64,000 nt of DNA from assembly GCA_044376115.1 (NCBI GenBank), contig JBILLK010000018.1:1-64000 (forward strand), given 5' to 3'. The notes below the pieces were generated by a model, which did not search any database, had not been told where the DNA came from, and saw only the letters and a program-made list of their open reading frames with translations. A program made the position numbers and the translations under genes. Below are positions 18,245 through 28,809 of this stretch, piece after piece; position 1 is the first letter of the stretch, and each line of letters begins with the position of its first letter. This DNA is from Polyangiaceae bacterium. GTDB lineage: Bacteria > Myxococcota_A > Polyangia > Polyangiales > Polyangiaceae.

Positions 18245-19190
18245 GCGTTCGACTGAGCACGAGCGCATTCGCTTGCTGGCGGAGTTCTTCGCCGCACCGT
18301 CTTGCTTTGAGTTGAGCATCGGGGACGACTGCGCGGTGTTGCCCCCGCAGGCGTCACCTCTCGCCCTGTCGGTGGACGCGAGCGTGGAGGACGTCCACTT
18401 CCGACGAGCTTGGATGTCGCTCGAGGACATTGGCTTTCGCGCGACGATGGCCGCGCTTTCGGATCTTGCCGCGATGGGAGCCAAACCAACCGGCATCCTC
18501 TCGTCGCTGATCCTCCCACGAGAGTTCACCGATGCAGAGCTATTGGCGTTGATGCAAGGGCAGCGGCAGGCTGCAACGGCTGCAGACGCGCCGGTGGTCG
18601 GCGGAAACTTGGCGCGAGGAGATGTGCTCTCGATCACGACGACAGTGATGGGATTGAGCGAGCGTCCGGTCCAACGGGCTGGAGCAAAACCTGGCGACCA
18701 GCTTTTCATCGCCGGCGCACTAGGCCTCGCTAGGACGGGCTTGCACCTGCTGCAGACCGGGCAGACGCCGACTTCAGATCTGGCGCGCTGGAACAACGCT
18801 CGAGCGGCTTTTGTTCGCCCAACTGCGAGGCTCCACGAAGGGCTCCTTGCCAACGCACGCGGTGCACACGCAATGATCGACCTCTCCGATGGCTTGTGCG
18901 CCGATGCGCATCATCTCGCCACCGCAAGCCAGGTTTTACTCGTGCTGGACGAAGAGCTGTTGCGACACAGCTTCTTGCCGCTCTTGCCAGCGCAGCTGGA
19001 AGCTCCGATGGAGGCCATCTTGTGCGGTGGAGAGGACTACGCTCTGTTAGTTGCCGCACCAGCGAACACGATGCCTGAGCAGTTCATTGTCGTCGGCTCG
19101 GTGGAGTCAGCGGCGCATCCCGCTGTCGTACTGAGCGGGAGCGAAGGGCGACGGCAGCTTTCGCCGAAAGGCTTCGATCATTTTGGTTGA
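18234..19190 (+). CDS. thiL: Thiamine-monophosphate kinase
   Basis: EHERI, GDDCA, VEDVHF, SDLAAMGA, GGN, DLSDGL, GGEDYAL, GFDHF. Confidence 0.95.
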   Translation: MSDKRSTEHERIRLLAEFFAAPSCFELSIGDDCAVLPPQASPLALSVDASVEDVHFRRAWMSLEDIGFRATMAALSDLAAMGAKPTGILSSLILPREFTDAELLALMQGQRQAATAADAPVVGGNLARGDVLSITTTVMGLSERPVQRAGAKPGDQLFIAGALGLARTGLHLLQTGQTPTSDLARWNNARAAFVRPTARLHEGLLANARGAHAMIDLSDGLCADAHHLATASQVLLVLDEELLRHSFLPLLPAQLEAPMEAILCGGEDYALLVAAPANTMPEQFIVVGSVESAAHPAVVLSGSEGRRQLSPKGFDHFG

Positions 19191-19194
19191 GCGC

Positions 19195-20235
19195 TCAATG
19201 AGAGGGAGCAACTCGCCGTACTGCACTAGCCAACTCTTCCTGACCACCGATCTCGAACGCTGAGCCGCGGGCCGTCTCAAGCAGCGCTTCAGCGAACTCC
19301 TTCGCCGTCCCAGTGCGTTGGTCACGATTGCGGGTAAGCGCTGCGTGCACAGCGCGCTCGAGCTCGCGTGGGCAATCTACGATCGTTGAAAGAAGGGGCG
19401 CGTCCCGCTCAACGACCTCAACCAGCGTCGATGCGTGATTGCCCGGGCGGTGCAGCCGCCGCCCAGCGATCAGCTCCCAAGCGATCACTCCCGCCGAGAA
19501 AACATCAGCACGACGGTCCAAAGGGAGGCACTGAACCTGCTCCGGAGCAAGGTAGCCGAACTTACCCTGGACGGCCCCCGGCTCCCCAGTCGAGCGCCGG
19601 AGCCTCGATAGCGCGAGACCAAAGTCGCAAATCCGTGCGACCCCGTCCGTTCCAACGAGCACGTTCGGCGGGGAGACATCACGATGCACCACCGCGAGCG
19701 GACCTGCTTCGTCGCTGCGGTCATGAAGGGCGTGCAGGCCCCGCAGCGCGTCGACCAAGCTGCGTAGGAGCAGGCCGCACCGAATCGGCTCGCCGGTATG
19801 GCCGAGCTCAACCAGGCGGTCGAGCGCTGCGCCTGGAACGAACGGCATCACAAGGAAGGCCGAGCCATCCACCTCCCCGCACTCGACGCTGGAGACGACG
19901 TTGGGATGCACAAACCCAAGCGTCATTTGCGCTTCGTCCAACAAGTCGCGCTCGGTGCGCCACGAGGAAAGATGTGGGTGCACGAACTTGAGCACCCATG
20001 CAGGTGGCAGCGATTCGTTAGGTTGCGAGGGCTGCGCATCGCTCGCCAAGAAAAGACGGGCCATCCCACCAGCAGCGAGGGGCTCAACGAGAGCAAACCT
20101 GCCCACCCGCGAAGGGTAGACAGGTTTGTCCGTTGCATCCGATGCGGCAGGGGTGTGCTTCAGGAGCAGCCCATGGAGTTCCCGCAATTCAGACACTTGT
20201 AGCAAGCGCCGTTGCGCACCGTGATGTGACCGCAA
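19195..20235 (-). CDS. Stand-alone Ser/Thr kinase (start uncertain, possibly GTG at 20106)
   Basis: [34 protein letters not shown]. Confidence 0.85.
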   Translation of the reverse strand: MRSHHGAQRRLLQVSELRELHGLLLKHTPAASDATDKPVYPSRVGRFALVEPLAAGGMARLFLASDAQPSQPNESLPPAWVLKFVHPHLSSWRTERDLLDEAQMTLGFVHPNVVSSVECGEVDGSAFLVMPFVPGAALDRLVELGHTGEPIRCGLLLRSLVDALRGLHALHDRSDEAGPLAVVHRDVSPPNVLVGTDGVARICDFGLALSRLRRSTGEPGAVQGKFGYLAPEQVQCLPLDRRADVFSAGVIAWELIAGRRLHRPGNHASTLVEVVERDAPLLSTIVDCPRELERAVHAALTRNRDQRTGTAKEFAEALLETARGSAFEIGGQEELASAVRRVAPSH

Positions 20236-23200
20236 CCATCACACACTGGAGCGTCACCCATCAACTCGTCCAAGTGAGCATCGAGCGCACCGTGTGCACC
20301 GGAGTTCCCAGTGTTGGAAGCAGCCAACAGCGGTGCTGAGAGCCCCGGTGCCATCACGCCCGAGGGAGGCGGCATGGTTGCGGTCTCCTCTGGTCGCGAA
20401 TCCGTAGGATCCTCGATCTTCGTTGCCGGCATGACGTGAGCTAGATCGTAGCGCTCGAGGTACTCCACCCCGAGGACGCGGAAGATGTAGTCCACGATCG
20501 ACGTGGCAATCTTGATGTTCTCGTGGCCCTCGACCGTGCCCTGCGGCTCGAAGCGGGTGAAGGTGAACTGCTCCACGAAGGTGCGCAGCGGCACGCCGTA
20601 TTGCAGGCCAACGCTCACCGCCATGGCGAAGCAGTTCATCAGGGAGCGGAAGGCGGCCCCTTCCTTGTGCATGTCGACGAAGATCTCGCCGAGCGATCCG
20701 TCGAGGTACTCACCCGTGCGGAGGAAGATCTTGTGACCACCAACGGTCGCTTCCTGGGTGAAGCCCTGACGCTTCTTGGGCATACGCACGCGCGTTCCGT
20801 TCGGACGAAGCAAGACGTGCTGCGTCGGGTTGGCCGCGTGCGCAACACTTGCGGCGGCCTCCTCCGCTTCTTCCTTCTTGTCCTTGCTGCCGGTGGAGAG
20901 CGGCTGCGAAGCCTTGCAACCGTCGCGATAAAGCGCGACAGCCTTCAACCCGAGGCGCCAGCCTTCCTCGTAGATCTTCATCACTTCCTCAACCGTCGAC
21001 TCGTTGGGGAGGTTGACGGTCTTGGAGATCGCCCCGCTCAGGAACGGCTGCGCAGCTCCCATCATGCGCACGTGCGCCATCGGAGCGAGGAAGCGTTGCC
21101 CCGTCTTGCCGCAGCGGTTGGCACAATCGAACACGGGGTAGTGCTCGATGCGGAGGTGCGGAGCGCCCTCCACCGTCATGCGGCCGACGATCACGTCGTT
21201 GGCCTCCTCGATCTGTGCCGCGGTGAAGCCGAGGAACTTCAACAAGGAGAAACCAGGCTTGGAACGAAGCTCCGGTGTGACGCCCAAACGAGTGAAGGAC
21301 TCCTCTCCCAGGACCCACGGTGCAAACGCGAGCGACAGATCGAAAACACCGGGAATCGCGCGCTCGATCTTTGCGAGATCCTCGTCGTTCAGACCGCGCT
21401 GCTTGAGCGACGCTCGGTTGACGTGGGGAGCCGCCAACACGGTGTTGGTGCCCGAGACGAACGCCACGATGTCGAGTACCTCGTGCTCCGAGTAACCGAG
21501 GCGTCGAAGCGCCTCAGGCACCGACTGGTTCACGATCTTGAAGTAGCCGCCGCCAGCAAGCTTCTTGAACTTGACCAGCGAGAAGTCCGGCTCGATTCCG
21601 GTCGTATCGCAGTCCATCAGCAAGCCGATGGTGCCTGTCGGAGCTAGTACGGTCGCTTGAGCATTGCGGTAGCCGTGCTCTTGCCCAAGCCGAACGGCTT
21701 CATCCCAATCTTCACAAGCTGCACGCCACAACGAGTCGGGGCACTTGTCGCGATTGATTTGGTAGGCAGCATCGCGGTGCATACTCATCACGCGCAGCAT
21801 CGGATCGCGGTTCTTCGCATAGCCCGCGAAGGGCCCCTTGGACGAGGCGATCTCGGCCGAGACCTTGTACGCGTGACCGCACATGATGGCGGTGATCGCG
21901 CCGGAGAGAGCTCGACCGGCGTCGGAGTCATAGGGCAGACCGAGCAGCATCAACATCGTACCGAGGTTGGCGTACCCGAGCCCGAGCGGCCGGTAGTCAT
22001 GCGAGTTCTTGGCGATTGGTTGCGTGGGGTAAGCGGAGAAATCCACGAGGATGTCCTGCGCCATGAAGAAGATACGGACCGCGTGACGGAAGCCGTCAAT
22101 GTCGAATTGCCCCTCGCCGTCGAGGAACTTGGTCAGATTGAGGCTGGCTAGGTTGCAAGCGGAATCGTCGACGAACATGTACTCGGAACAGGGGTTCGAC
22201 GCGTTGATCCGCGAGGTGTTGGGGCAGGTATGCCAACGGTTGATCGACGTGTCGTATTGAACGCCGGGGTCTGCACAGCCCCATGCCGCCTCACCCAGCA
22301 TGCGCCAAAGGTCCTTCGCGTGGTGAGTCTCGATCACCTCGTTGTTGGTGCGACCGCGCGTCTGCCACGTGCCGCCGCTCATCACCGCCTGCATGAAACC
22401 GTCGGTCACGCGCACGGAGTTGTTCGAGTTCTGACCGCTGACCGTGTGATAGGCCTCACCGTTGAAGTCGGACGGGTAACCGCCTGCGATCAACGTCTGA
22501 GCCTTGCGCTCCTCGCGCACCTTCCACTGGATGAAATCGACGATCTCGGGGTGGTCCATATCGAGGCAGACCATCTTCGCTGCACGACGCGTCGTCCCGC
22601 CGCTCTTGGTCGCGCCTGCCGCACGGTCCAGCACCTCAAGGAAGCTCATCAGGCCGGAGCTCGTGCCACCGCCGGAGAGCTTCTCCTGCTTGCCACGAAT
22701 CATGCTGAAGTTCGTGCCGGTGCCCGAACCGTACTTGAAGAGCCGTGCTTCGCTCTTCACCAGGTCGTAGATGCTCATCAGATCGTCATCCACCGACTGG
22801 ATGAAGCAGGCGGAGCATTGCGGGCGTTCATAAGCGCTGGTGGTCACCGCTAGAGGAGCAGTGCCTGGCGCTGCGCCCTGACACTTGGAGCTGGTCAAGT
22901 AGGACCAATCCACGGCGAAGTTACCGCCTGAGCCCGTGATCTCGTACTCGTGGAACAGGCCACAGTTGAACCAAACCGGGCTGTTGAATGCACCGTATTG
23001 GTTCACGAGCAGGAAGGTGAGTTCGGCTTCGAAGGTGTCAGCGTCTTTGCTGGAGGCGAAGTAACCACCGAACTCCTCGCCGACGCGGCGGATGGTGCGA
23101 GCCAGACGCGTGACAACCTCACGAACGCTCGATTCTCCCTTCGACTTGTCGCCGAAGAGCCCTGCCTTGCGGAAGTACTTGGAGACCACGATGTCCGTCG

Positions 23201-23531
23201 CGAGTTGGGACCAACCGGCGGGGATCTCGGCGCCCTCCATCTTGAACACGACGCTGCCGTCGGTGTTGGTGATAACGCTGGAGCGCCGCTCCCACGTGAC
23301 CTGATCGAGCGGGTCCACCGAACGTTCGGTGTATCGCCGAGCCACGCTGACGCCCTTGGCCTTTGCCCGCTGAGGTCGCGCGCTCTTGTCAGCGGCTGCT
23401 GACTTAGCCGCCGCAGCCGGCTTGGCCGGCGCCGCAGCCGCCTTGCGCGCCGTGCGCGCCCCTTCGGCTCCTCGACCTGCGCGTCCGCCGTTCATCTTCG
23501 ACCCATCGGACCCAATCGTACCCTGCGCCAT
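20160..23531 (-). CDS. nrdJ: Class II adenosylcobalamin-dependent ribonucleotide reductase
   Basis: [39 protein letters not shown]-like C-terminal domain and terminal CxxC...CxxC; GGAGG RBS. Confidence 0.96.
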   Translation of the reverse strand: MAQGTIGSDGSKMNGGRAGRGAEGARTARKAAAAPAKPAAAAKSAAADKSARPQRAKAKGVSVARRYTERSVDPLDQVTWERRSSVITNTDGSVVFKMEGAEIPAGWSQLATDIVVSKYFRKAGLFGDKSKGESSVREVVTRLARTIRRVGEEFGGYFASSKDADTFEAELTFLLVNQYGAFNSPVWFNCGLFHEYEITGSGGNFAVDWSYLTSSKCQGAAPGTAPLAVTTSAYERPQCSACFIQSVDDDLMSIYDLVKSEARLFKYGSGTGTNFSMIRGKQEKLSGGGTSSGLMSFLEVLDRAAGATKSGGTTRRAAKMVCLDMDHPEIVDFIQWKVREERKAQTLIAGGYPSDFNGEAYHTVSGQNSNNSVRVTDGFMQAVMSGGTWQTRGRTNNEVIETHHAKDLWRMLGEAAWGCADPGVQYDTSINRWHTCPNTSRINASNPCSEYMFVDDSACNLASLNLTKFLDGEGQFDIDGFRHAVRIFFMAQDILVDFSAYPTQPIAKNSHDYRPLGLGYANLGTMLMLLGLPYDSDAGRALSGAITAIMCGHAYKVSAEIASSKGPFAGYAKNRDPMLRVMSMHRDAAYQINRDKCPDSLWRAACEDWDEAVRLGQEHGYRNAQATVLAPTGTIGLLMDCDTTGIEPDFSLVKFKKLAGGGYFKIVNQSVPEALRRLGYSEHEVLDIVAFVSGTNTVLAAPHVNRASLKQRGLNDEDLAKIERAIPGVFDLSLAFAPWVLGEESFTRLGVTPELRSKPGFSLLKFLGFTAAQIEEANDVIVGRMTVEGAPHLRIEHYPVFDCANRCGKTGQRFLAPMAHVRMMGAAQPFLSGAISKTVNLPNESTVEEVMKIYEEGWRLGLKAVALYRDGCKASQPLSTGSKDKKEEAEEAAASVAHAANPTQHVLLRPNGTRVRMPKKRQGFTQEATVGGHKIFLRTGEYLDGSLGEIFVDMHKEGAAFRSLMNCFAMAVSVGLQYGVPLRTFVEQFTFTRFEPQGTVEGHENIKIATSIVDYIFRVLGVEYLERYDLAHVMPATKIEDPTDSRPEETATMPPPSGVMAPGLSAPLLAASNTGNSGAHGALDAHLDELMGDAPVCDGCGHITVRNGACYKCLNCGNSMGCS

Positions 23532-23797
23532 TCGAATCCTCCGCTCACGCAACATTGCGTCCTACGCCACGCCACTCGCTGACAAAGGGGAACCAGTGGG
23601 AGCGCGCTCGAAGCACCTCCCAATAAGGACCTCCCAAAAACCCACCCTGGTGGAGCCCTCGCTCAACAAAAAACTACAGCAGCGGCACGGATGGTCCGAA
23701 CCGAGCTGACGTTGACGGTTAAACTTTGAAGCCCCGTTGGAGCCGCCAAACGGGATTCCGTTCAGTGACTCGATCGTTCAGGCGTGAGAAGGTGATA

Positions 23798-23844
23798 CCC
23801 CAACCTGTTGTGGTGGCGCAAGGAACAAACACCACATATGCCCA
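23798..23844. promoter_or_regulatory. Tandem NrdR boxes upstream of nrdJ
   Basis: cccCaAccTgTtGtgg (23798-23813) and acaCcAcATaTgccca (23829-23844) resemble acaCwAtATaTwGtgt; their starts are 31 bp apart. Confidence 0.7.
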
Positions 23845-23963
23845 AAATGACCTAAGTCGGCAGGAAATCTGAACAATCGACAACCTGCTCACAGGCTCTC
23901 CACTGACTGTCCACAGGCTTGCCCCCAACCGTCCCCAGGCAACCTCAGCTACGCTCTCCAGAA

Positions 23964-25616
23964 GTGGACCCCGCAGACCTGCAATTGATCCCGCTTGGAG
24001 GCTTGGGCGAGGTCGGCATGAACTGCCTGGCGCTCGAGAGCAGCGAGGGAATCGTCCTCATCGACTGTGGTGTGACCTTTCCAAGCGACGGCCTGGGCGT
24101 CGACATTGCTCGACCTCGCTTCGACTACCTCTTCGAACATCGCGAGCGCGTCCGCGGGGTTGTCATCACGCACGGACACGAGGACCATATTGGTGCCCTG
24201 CCCTACCTGCTCGAGGAGCTCAACGTTCCGATCTGGGCTCCACCTCATTCGGCCGAACTCATCCGCGGTCGGCTCAACGAATGGGGCTTGGTCGAGACGA
24301 CGACGTTGCACGTGGTGCGACCACGCGAGCGATTCGAGGTCGCAGGAATCTCGTTCGAGCCGATTCGCGTCACACATTCGATCACCGAAGCGACCGCGCT
24401 AGCGATTCGCCGAGGCGGCCTGACGTTGCTGCACACGGGTGACTTCAAGCTCGATCCGAACCCTGCCGATGGCGAGCGCACCGATGAGGAGCGCTTGCGT
24501 GAGATCGGCGATCAAGGGGTTCGCCTGCTGCTCTCCGATAGCACCAACGTGGATAGCCACGGAGAGAGCCTGAGCGAGCTGGAGGTTGGCAACGAGCTGC
24601 TCGAGCTCGTTAGCGCAGAGCGAGGACGCGTCGTGATTGGGCTGTTTGCGTCGAACGTGCAACGGCTGCTGCACCTGGGCGAGGTGGCGCGCAAAACCAA
24701 CCGGCGCATCGTCCTGGCAGGCCGCAGCCTTCACAACCATGTGCGAGCGGCGACCACGGTAGGCAAGCTCAATTGGCCTAGCGACCTCCTGGTACCGCTC
24801 GACCGCGCTGGCGGTATGCCGCGAGAGAACGTGCTCGTGCTCGCGACAGGAACGCAGGCTGAGCCGCTGGCTGCGCTGGCGCGACTGGCGAACGAGACCC
24901 ATCCCAAGCTGCGCCTCGATGAGGGCGACACGGTGATGTTCTCGAGTCGCGTGATCCCCGGCAATGAACGAGCCGTGCATGACGTGTTCGCTGGCTTCTT
25001 GAGACGTGGCATCAAGGTCGTATCGCGTCCGCACCGACCCAAGATCCACGCGAGTGGTCATGCTCACCGTGGGGAGCTCGTTCGCATGATGGAGTTGATT
25101 CGTCCGCAGAGCTTCATTCCTTTGCATGGCACGCTGCATCACCTGCACCGGCACGCGGACCTCGCCCGTGAGCAGGGCATCGCCGAAGTGATGGTGATGG
25201 AGAACGGCGATGTGGTGAGGGTCTCCGCCGTAGCCTCGCTGCGCAAGCATGGCCGCGTAGCTTCGGGACGCGTGTTTGCGTGCGACAAGAGTGTCGTACC
25301 CAGTGAAGTATTGGAAGAGCGTCGCGCCCTCGCGCAGCGAGGAGCAGTCACGGTCACGCTGCTCACGGATCGCGACGGCAAGCTCATTGCTGAGCCAACC
25401 ATCATCGCGCTCGGGGTGCTCAGTCCGCGCGAGAGGGATGTGCTCGTGCTTGCGAAGAACGCCGCGCGCAAGAGCTATGAACGATTGCGCGAAGCTGGAA
25501 CCTTTGACGAGGCCGCGCTGATCGAAGCGGTGCGCCTCGCTGTGCGCGGGGCCATTGAGCAAGAGGTTGCCACCAAGACCCAGGTCTTCGTCAGCAGAGT
25601 CGCGGCGCAGTCATGA
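23964..25616 (+). CDS. rnj: Ribonuclease J (start uncertain, 23919 or 23964)
   Basis: IPLGGLGEVGMN, HGHEDHIG, HTGDFK, DSTN, HASGHA, PLHG. Confidence 0.95.
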   Translation: MDPADLQLIPLGGLGEVGMNCLALESSEGIVLIDCGVTFPSDGLGVDIARPRFDYLFEHRERVRGVVITHGHEDHIGALPYLLEELNVPIWAPPHSAELIRGRLNEWGLVETTTLHVVRPRERFEVAGISFEPIRVTHSITEATALAIRRGGLTLLHTGDFKLDPNPADGERTDEERLREIGDQGVRLLLSDSTNVDSHGESLSELEVGNELLELVSAERGRVVIGLFASNVQRLLHLGEVARKTNRRIVLAGRSLHNHVRAATTVGKLNWPSDLLVPLDRAGGMPRENVLVLATGTQAEPLAALARLANETHPKLRLDEGDTVMFSSRVIPGNERAVHDVFAGFLRRGIKVVSRPHRPKIHASGHAHRGELVRMMELIRPQSFIPLHGTLHHLHRHADLAREQGIAEVMVMENGDVVRVSAVASLRKHGRVASGRVFACDKSVVPSEVLEERRALAQRGAVTVTLLTDRDGKLIAEPTIIALGVLSPRERDVLVLAKNAARKSYERLREAGTFDEAALIEAVRLAVRGAIEQEVATKTQVFVSRVAAQS

Positions 25617-26647
25617 GCAGAGACGAACTCCTCGAGCAGTCGCGGCGTTGGCTTGACGCTGTCGTCACCAACTACGGCGTTCTATTTGAACCACGCAACT
25701 CGCCCGCCGACGAGATTGAACGTGTGCATCAGTTTCGTGTGGCCATTCGCCGCGTTCGCAGTGTGCTGCCAGCCATGGCCTCTGGGCTCGCTGGCGGGGC
25801 ACGAAAGAAGGCCTCGCTCGTGCTACGCAACGCAGCCACCGCCACCGGAGAAACGCGCGATGAAGAGGTGCTGGCGGAAACACTCGACAATCTGGCGCTC
25901 CGCGGTGGAGTGGCAGAGCATCTCGCGCATTGGCGCCTCGGGCGGGGGCGACGCCTCGTTGGGACGAGGCAGCGCGCGATCAAGCGGCTCGCGAGTGAGT
26001 TCGACGCGCCGCTACACAAGACGCTCGCCACGCTTCGGCAGGGCCTGCTAGCGATTGAGGCAACGATCACGGAGCCCGCGTCGGTCGCCGCTCTCTTGAC
26101 GAGCAAGCTAGACGACCTTGGAAGCAGGACACAGCGCGCGCTGGAGAACGGCAGCAGCGAGGAGTTTCATCGTGCGCGGATCGGCGCAAAGAAGCTTCGG
26201 TATTTGGCCGAGTGGCTCGACGGCTCGGTGGCCAGCAACCTAGGCGATATCGCGGAGCTCGCGGCGAAGCTTCAAAAGACGCTCGGCAAGCTCCATGACC
26301 TAGAGGAAGCGGCGGTGCGAATGGAGCGCGCCCGCGGCCTCTCGAGCGAGGATCGGCGGGCTGTTTTGGTCGAGCTCGAGCGTCGTAGGAAGAAGGCGGA
26401 GCAGCGTTCGCGAGCCGACCTCGTCAAGCTCTTGCCCGAACTTGCGCGCGAGCTCGGGCATCGAACATCGGAGCTAAGCCGGTCAGTTGGCGCGCTCGAA
26501 GAGAGCGGCGATGCCCTGTCCGACGCCGATGCAGAGGGAAGCGACGCCGCGTTTAGCGTTGGTGCGAACCATGCCGTGAACGAGGGTGGCGACGATGCGA
26601 GCGCCCGAACAACCGATCGGGTGGCCGAGAGCGATCGCTCCGCCTGA
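25613..26647 (+). CDS. CHAD domain protein
   Basis: [48 protein letters not shown] overlap with rnj. Confidence 0.88.
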   Translation: MSRDELLEQSRRWLDAVVTNYGVLFEPRNSPADEIERVHQFRVAIRRVRSVLPAMASGLAGGARKKASLVLRNAATATGETRDEEVLAETLDNLALRGGVAEHLAHWRLGRGRRLVGTRQRAIKRLASEFDAPLHKTLATLRQGLLAIEATITEPASVAALLTSKLDDLGSRTQRALENGSSEEFHRARIGAKKLRYLAEWLDGSVASNLGDIAELAAKLQKTLGKLHDLEEAAVRMERARGLSSEDRRAVLVELERRRKKAEQRSRADLVKLLPELARELGHRTSELSRSVGALEESGDALSDADAEGSDAAFSVGANHAVNEGGDDASARTTDRVAESDRSA

Positions 26648-27697
26648 AGGGTTCACGCGCGCTGGATCGAGCTCGAGGGTGCGTACGCAGGCCAAGGCTT
26701 GCGCGGCAAACGCCTCATTCAACTCGACGACGTCAAGATCGCTGATCGAGAGCTTGGCGCGTTCGAGCAAGCGACGCACAGCAGGGATCGGCCCCTCGCC
26801 CATGAAGTTCGGCTCGACGCCTGCGGTCGCTGTCATCACCACCCGCGCAAGCGGCGTTGCTCCGCTCGCTTTGGCGACCTCCTCGGAGACGAGCAAGACC
26901 CCTGCAGCGCCGTCATTGATGGGCGAGGAGTTACCTGCGGTAACCGAGCCATTCTTGCGAAAGACGGGCTTGAGTTTGGCCAAACCAGCGAGCGAGGCGT
27001 CGCCACGGATACACTCATCACGCTCGAACAAAACCGCGTCTCCTTTCGCTGGCTTTACCGAGATGGGGGCAAGCTCTGCTTTGAAGAAGCCTGCCTCGGC
27101 AGCCGCCTGCGCCCGTTGATGCGACGCGAGCGCAAAGGCGTCTTGATCCTCCCGAGAGACGCCGTACTTCTCCGCGACGTTCTCGGCGGTCTCGCCCATC
27201 GACAGGAGTTCGAAGCGCGCGGCCATCGCCGGGTTCGTGTAGCGCCACCCGAGCGTGGTGTCGTAGACGGGAGGCGGCGACCGGTCGAACGCTGACGTAG
27301 CCTTCGGCATTGTGAAGGGAGCACGCGTCATGCTCTCGACGCCGCCTGCGACAACAACGTCCGATTCCCCAGTAGCGATGCGACGAGCCGCATCTGCCAG
27401 CGCCTCCAAGCCAGAACCGCACAAACGATTGACCGTCACGCCTGGCACTTCGTAGGGAAGGCCAGCGAGGATGGAGGCCATCCGTGCGACGTTGCGATTG
27501 TCCTCGCCGGCTTGGTTGGTGGCTCCGAACACGACCTGATCCAGTCGTGAGATCGCGGCTTGGTTGCGATCCGCGAGCGCACGCAGGACGTGGGCGGCCA
27601 AATCGTCAGGCCGCACGGTGGCGAGACTACCGCCGTAGCGACCGATGGGAGTGCGGAGGGCATCGAGGACGTACACCGAGCGAAGAGCCTGCGTCAT
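26483..27697 (-). CDS. Acetyl-CoA C-acyltransferase (PcaF/PaaJ-type thiolase)
   Basis: [50 protein letters not shown]. Confidence 0.93.
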   Translation of the reverse strand: MTQALRSVYVLDALRTPIGRYGGSLATVRPDDLAAHVLRALADRNQAAISRLDQVVFGATNQAGEDNRNVARMASILAGLPYEVPGVTVNRLCGSGLEALADAARRIATGESDVVVAGGVESMTRAPFTMPKATSAFDRSPPPVYDTTLGWRYTNPAMAARFELLSMGETAENVAEKYGVSREDQDAFALASHQRAQAAAEAGFFKAELAPISVKPAKGDAVLFERDECIRGDASLAGLAKLKPVFRKNGSVTAGNSSPINDGAAGVLLVSEEVAKASGATPLARVVMTATAGVEPNFMGEGPIPAVRRLLERAKLSISDLDVVELNEAFAAQALACVRTLELDPARVNPSGGAIALGHPIGCSGARIVATLVHGMVRTNAKRGVASLCIGVGQGIAALFERAN

Positions 27698-27740
27698 GGG
27701 CGCGCATTCTACGTGTAGGCGGCGCCTGCGTCTGCCCACT

Positions 27741-28793
27741 ATGCTGCGCTCGAGCATGAAGGCGAGCGCGCAATCCGTGGTGGCCGTTGGGCAAGTCGTA
27801 GATCGCTACCTGAGCGAGTTTGAGCAGGAGCTCGTTGTGCTTCGTTCGCTGTCTGAGCCGGCTTGGCGAGTGAGGCGAGTGTCGCAGGCGTTTCTTCTCG
27901 GACCGTTATCAGTCGCGAGGGCGGCGCGCGCAAGGAGTCGATTTGACCGGCTCGCCGACTTCGGCGTCAGCCAGCAGGCGGATGCACCGAATGCTGGTGA
28001 GACCAGCGCGCGAGTGCGCGTTACGACCAGCAACCTCGGAGCGGCTGTAGCACTGACGCTGCGAGCGCTTCGCGAACAACCAGAAGCTCCATTGACCGTA
28101 GAGCTCGCTAGCGCCGCTCCAAACACGCGCTTAGAGACCGTCTTCGAGCCGCTGCTCGAGCACGGCACGCTCCGCTTCGAGCAGGCGGCGGACAAGGAAG
28201 CGGAGGCCCTCGCCCCAGAGCGAGCGACGATGCTCGTGGCGCCCTTCTACTATGCCCGTCACGACGTCGACCGACTCGCCGACCACATCGTGCTCGAGCT
28301 GGAAGCGCCGAGTCCGCTCGCCGAGGGCGGCATCGACTTGGTTTACGGCGCGCACTGGGATCAGCGACACCAGCTACTCGAGGCTGTGAAAGCGCGCCAA
28401 GCGCACGGGGACGGGACTCGCTCGCTCACGCTGCATCCAATCGATGCGGACAGCGCAGAGGGCTTGCTCACGGCGGCGCTTGGGCTGCGTACGACGCTGG
28501 CCAGCCAGGTCCTGTCGGCCTTCGTTTACCCCATGCTGCGCGAACGGCCCACCGTCGAGGCGCAGCTCCAGAGCCTCAACGACGACGCACCGCTGTTCAT
28601 CCTCAACGCCCGGCCGACGCTCGCCTTCTGGCTTGGCACGACGCGTGGCCGCGTTGACGTAAGCCAGCTGTTGCGGCCTGCGCCGCCGCAAACGTGGTGC
28701 GACAAGCGCCTTCAATACGAACGAAACCCATCGTGGGCCGGCGCGCTTTCGAGCGCAGCCACACAATGGGTTCCTTCGTTATTGCGAGCGTGA
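27741..28793 (+). CDS. Hypothetical protein, possibly a degenerate aldehyde-dehydrogenase-like fold
   Basis: Long ORF; several segments ([42 protein letters not shown]) resemble an ALDH-like family by eye; no catalytic Cys. Confidence 0.55.
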   Translation: MLRSSMKASAQSVVAVGQVVDRYLSEFEQELVVLRSLSEPAWRVRRVSQAFLLGPLSVARAARARSRFDRLADFGVSQQADAPNAGETSARVRVTTSNLGAAVALTLRALREQPEAPLTVELASAAPNTRLETVFEPLLEHGTLRFEQAADKEAEALAPERATMLVAPFYYARHDVDRLADHIVLELEAPSPLAEGGIDLVYGAHWDQRHQLLEAVKARQAHGDGTRSLTLHPIDADSAEGLLTAALGLRTTLASQVLSAFVYPMLRERPTVEAQLQSLNDDAPLFILNARPTLAFWLGTTRGRVDVSQLLRPAPPQTWCDKRLQYERNPSWAGALSSAATQWVPSLLRA

Positions 28794-28809
28794 AGGCTCG
28801 CAGCGACGC

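Noticed and set aside
20523..23402. Long plus-strand ORFs opposite nrdJ (and similar shadow ORFs opposite other genes)
   Set aside because: Typical antisense shadows of GC3-biased genes; no motifs or RBS.
20160..23531. Intein or intron in nrdJ
   Set aside because: The ORF is continuous, with no intein splice motifs or homing endonuclease segment recognised.
23560..23790. Cobalamin riboswitch upstream of nrdJ
   Set aside because: I could not find the conserved B12-element motifs in the correct order; an Rfam covariance search would be needed.
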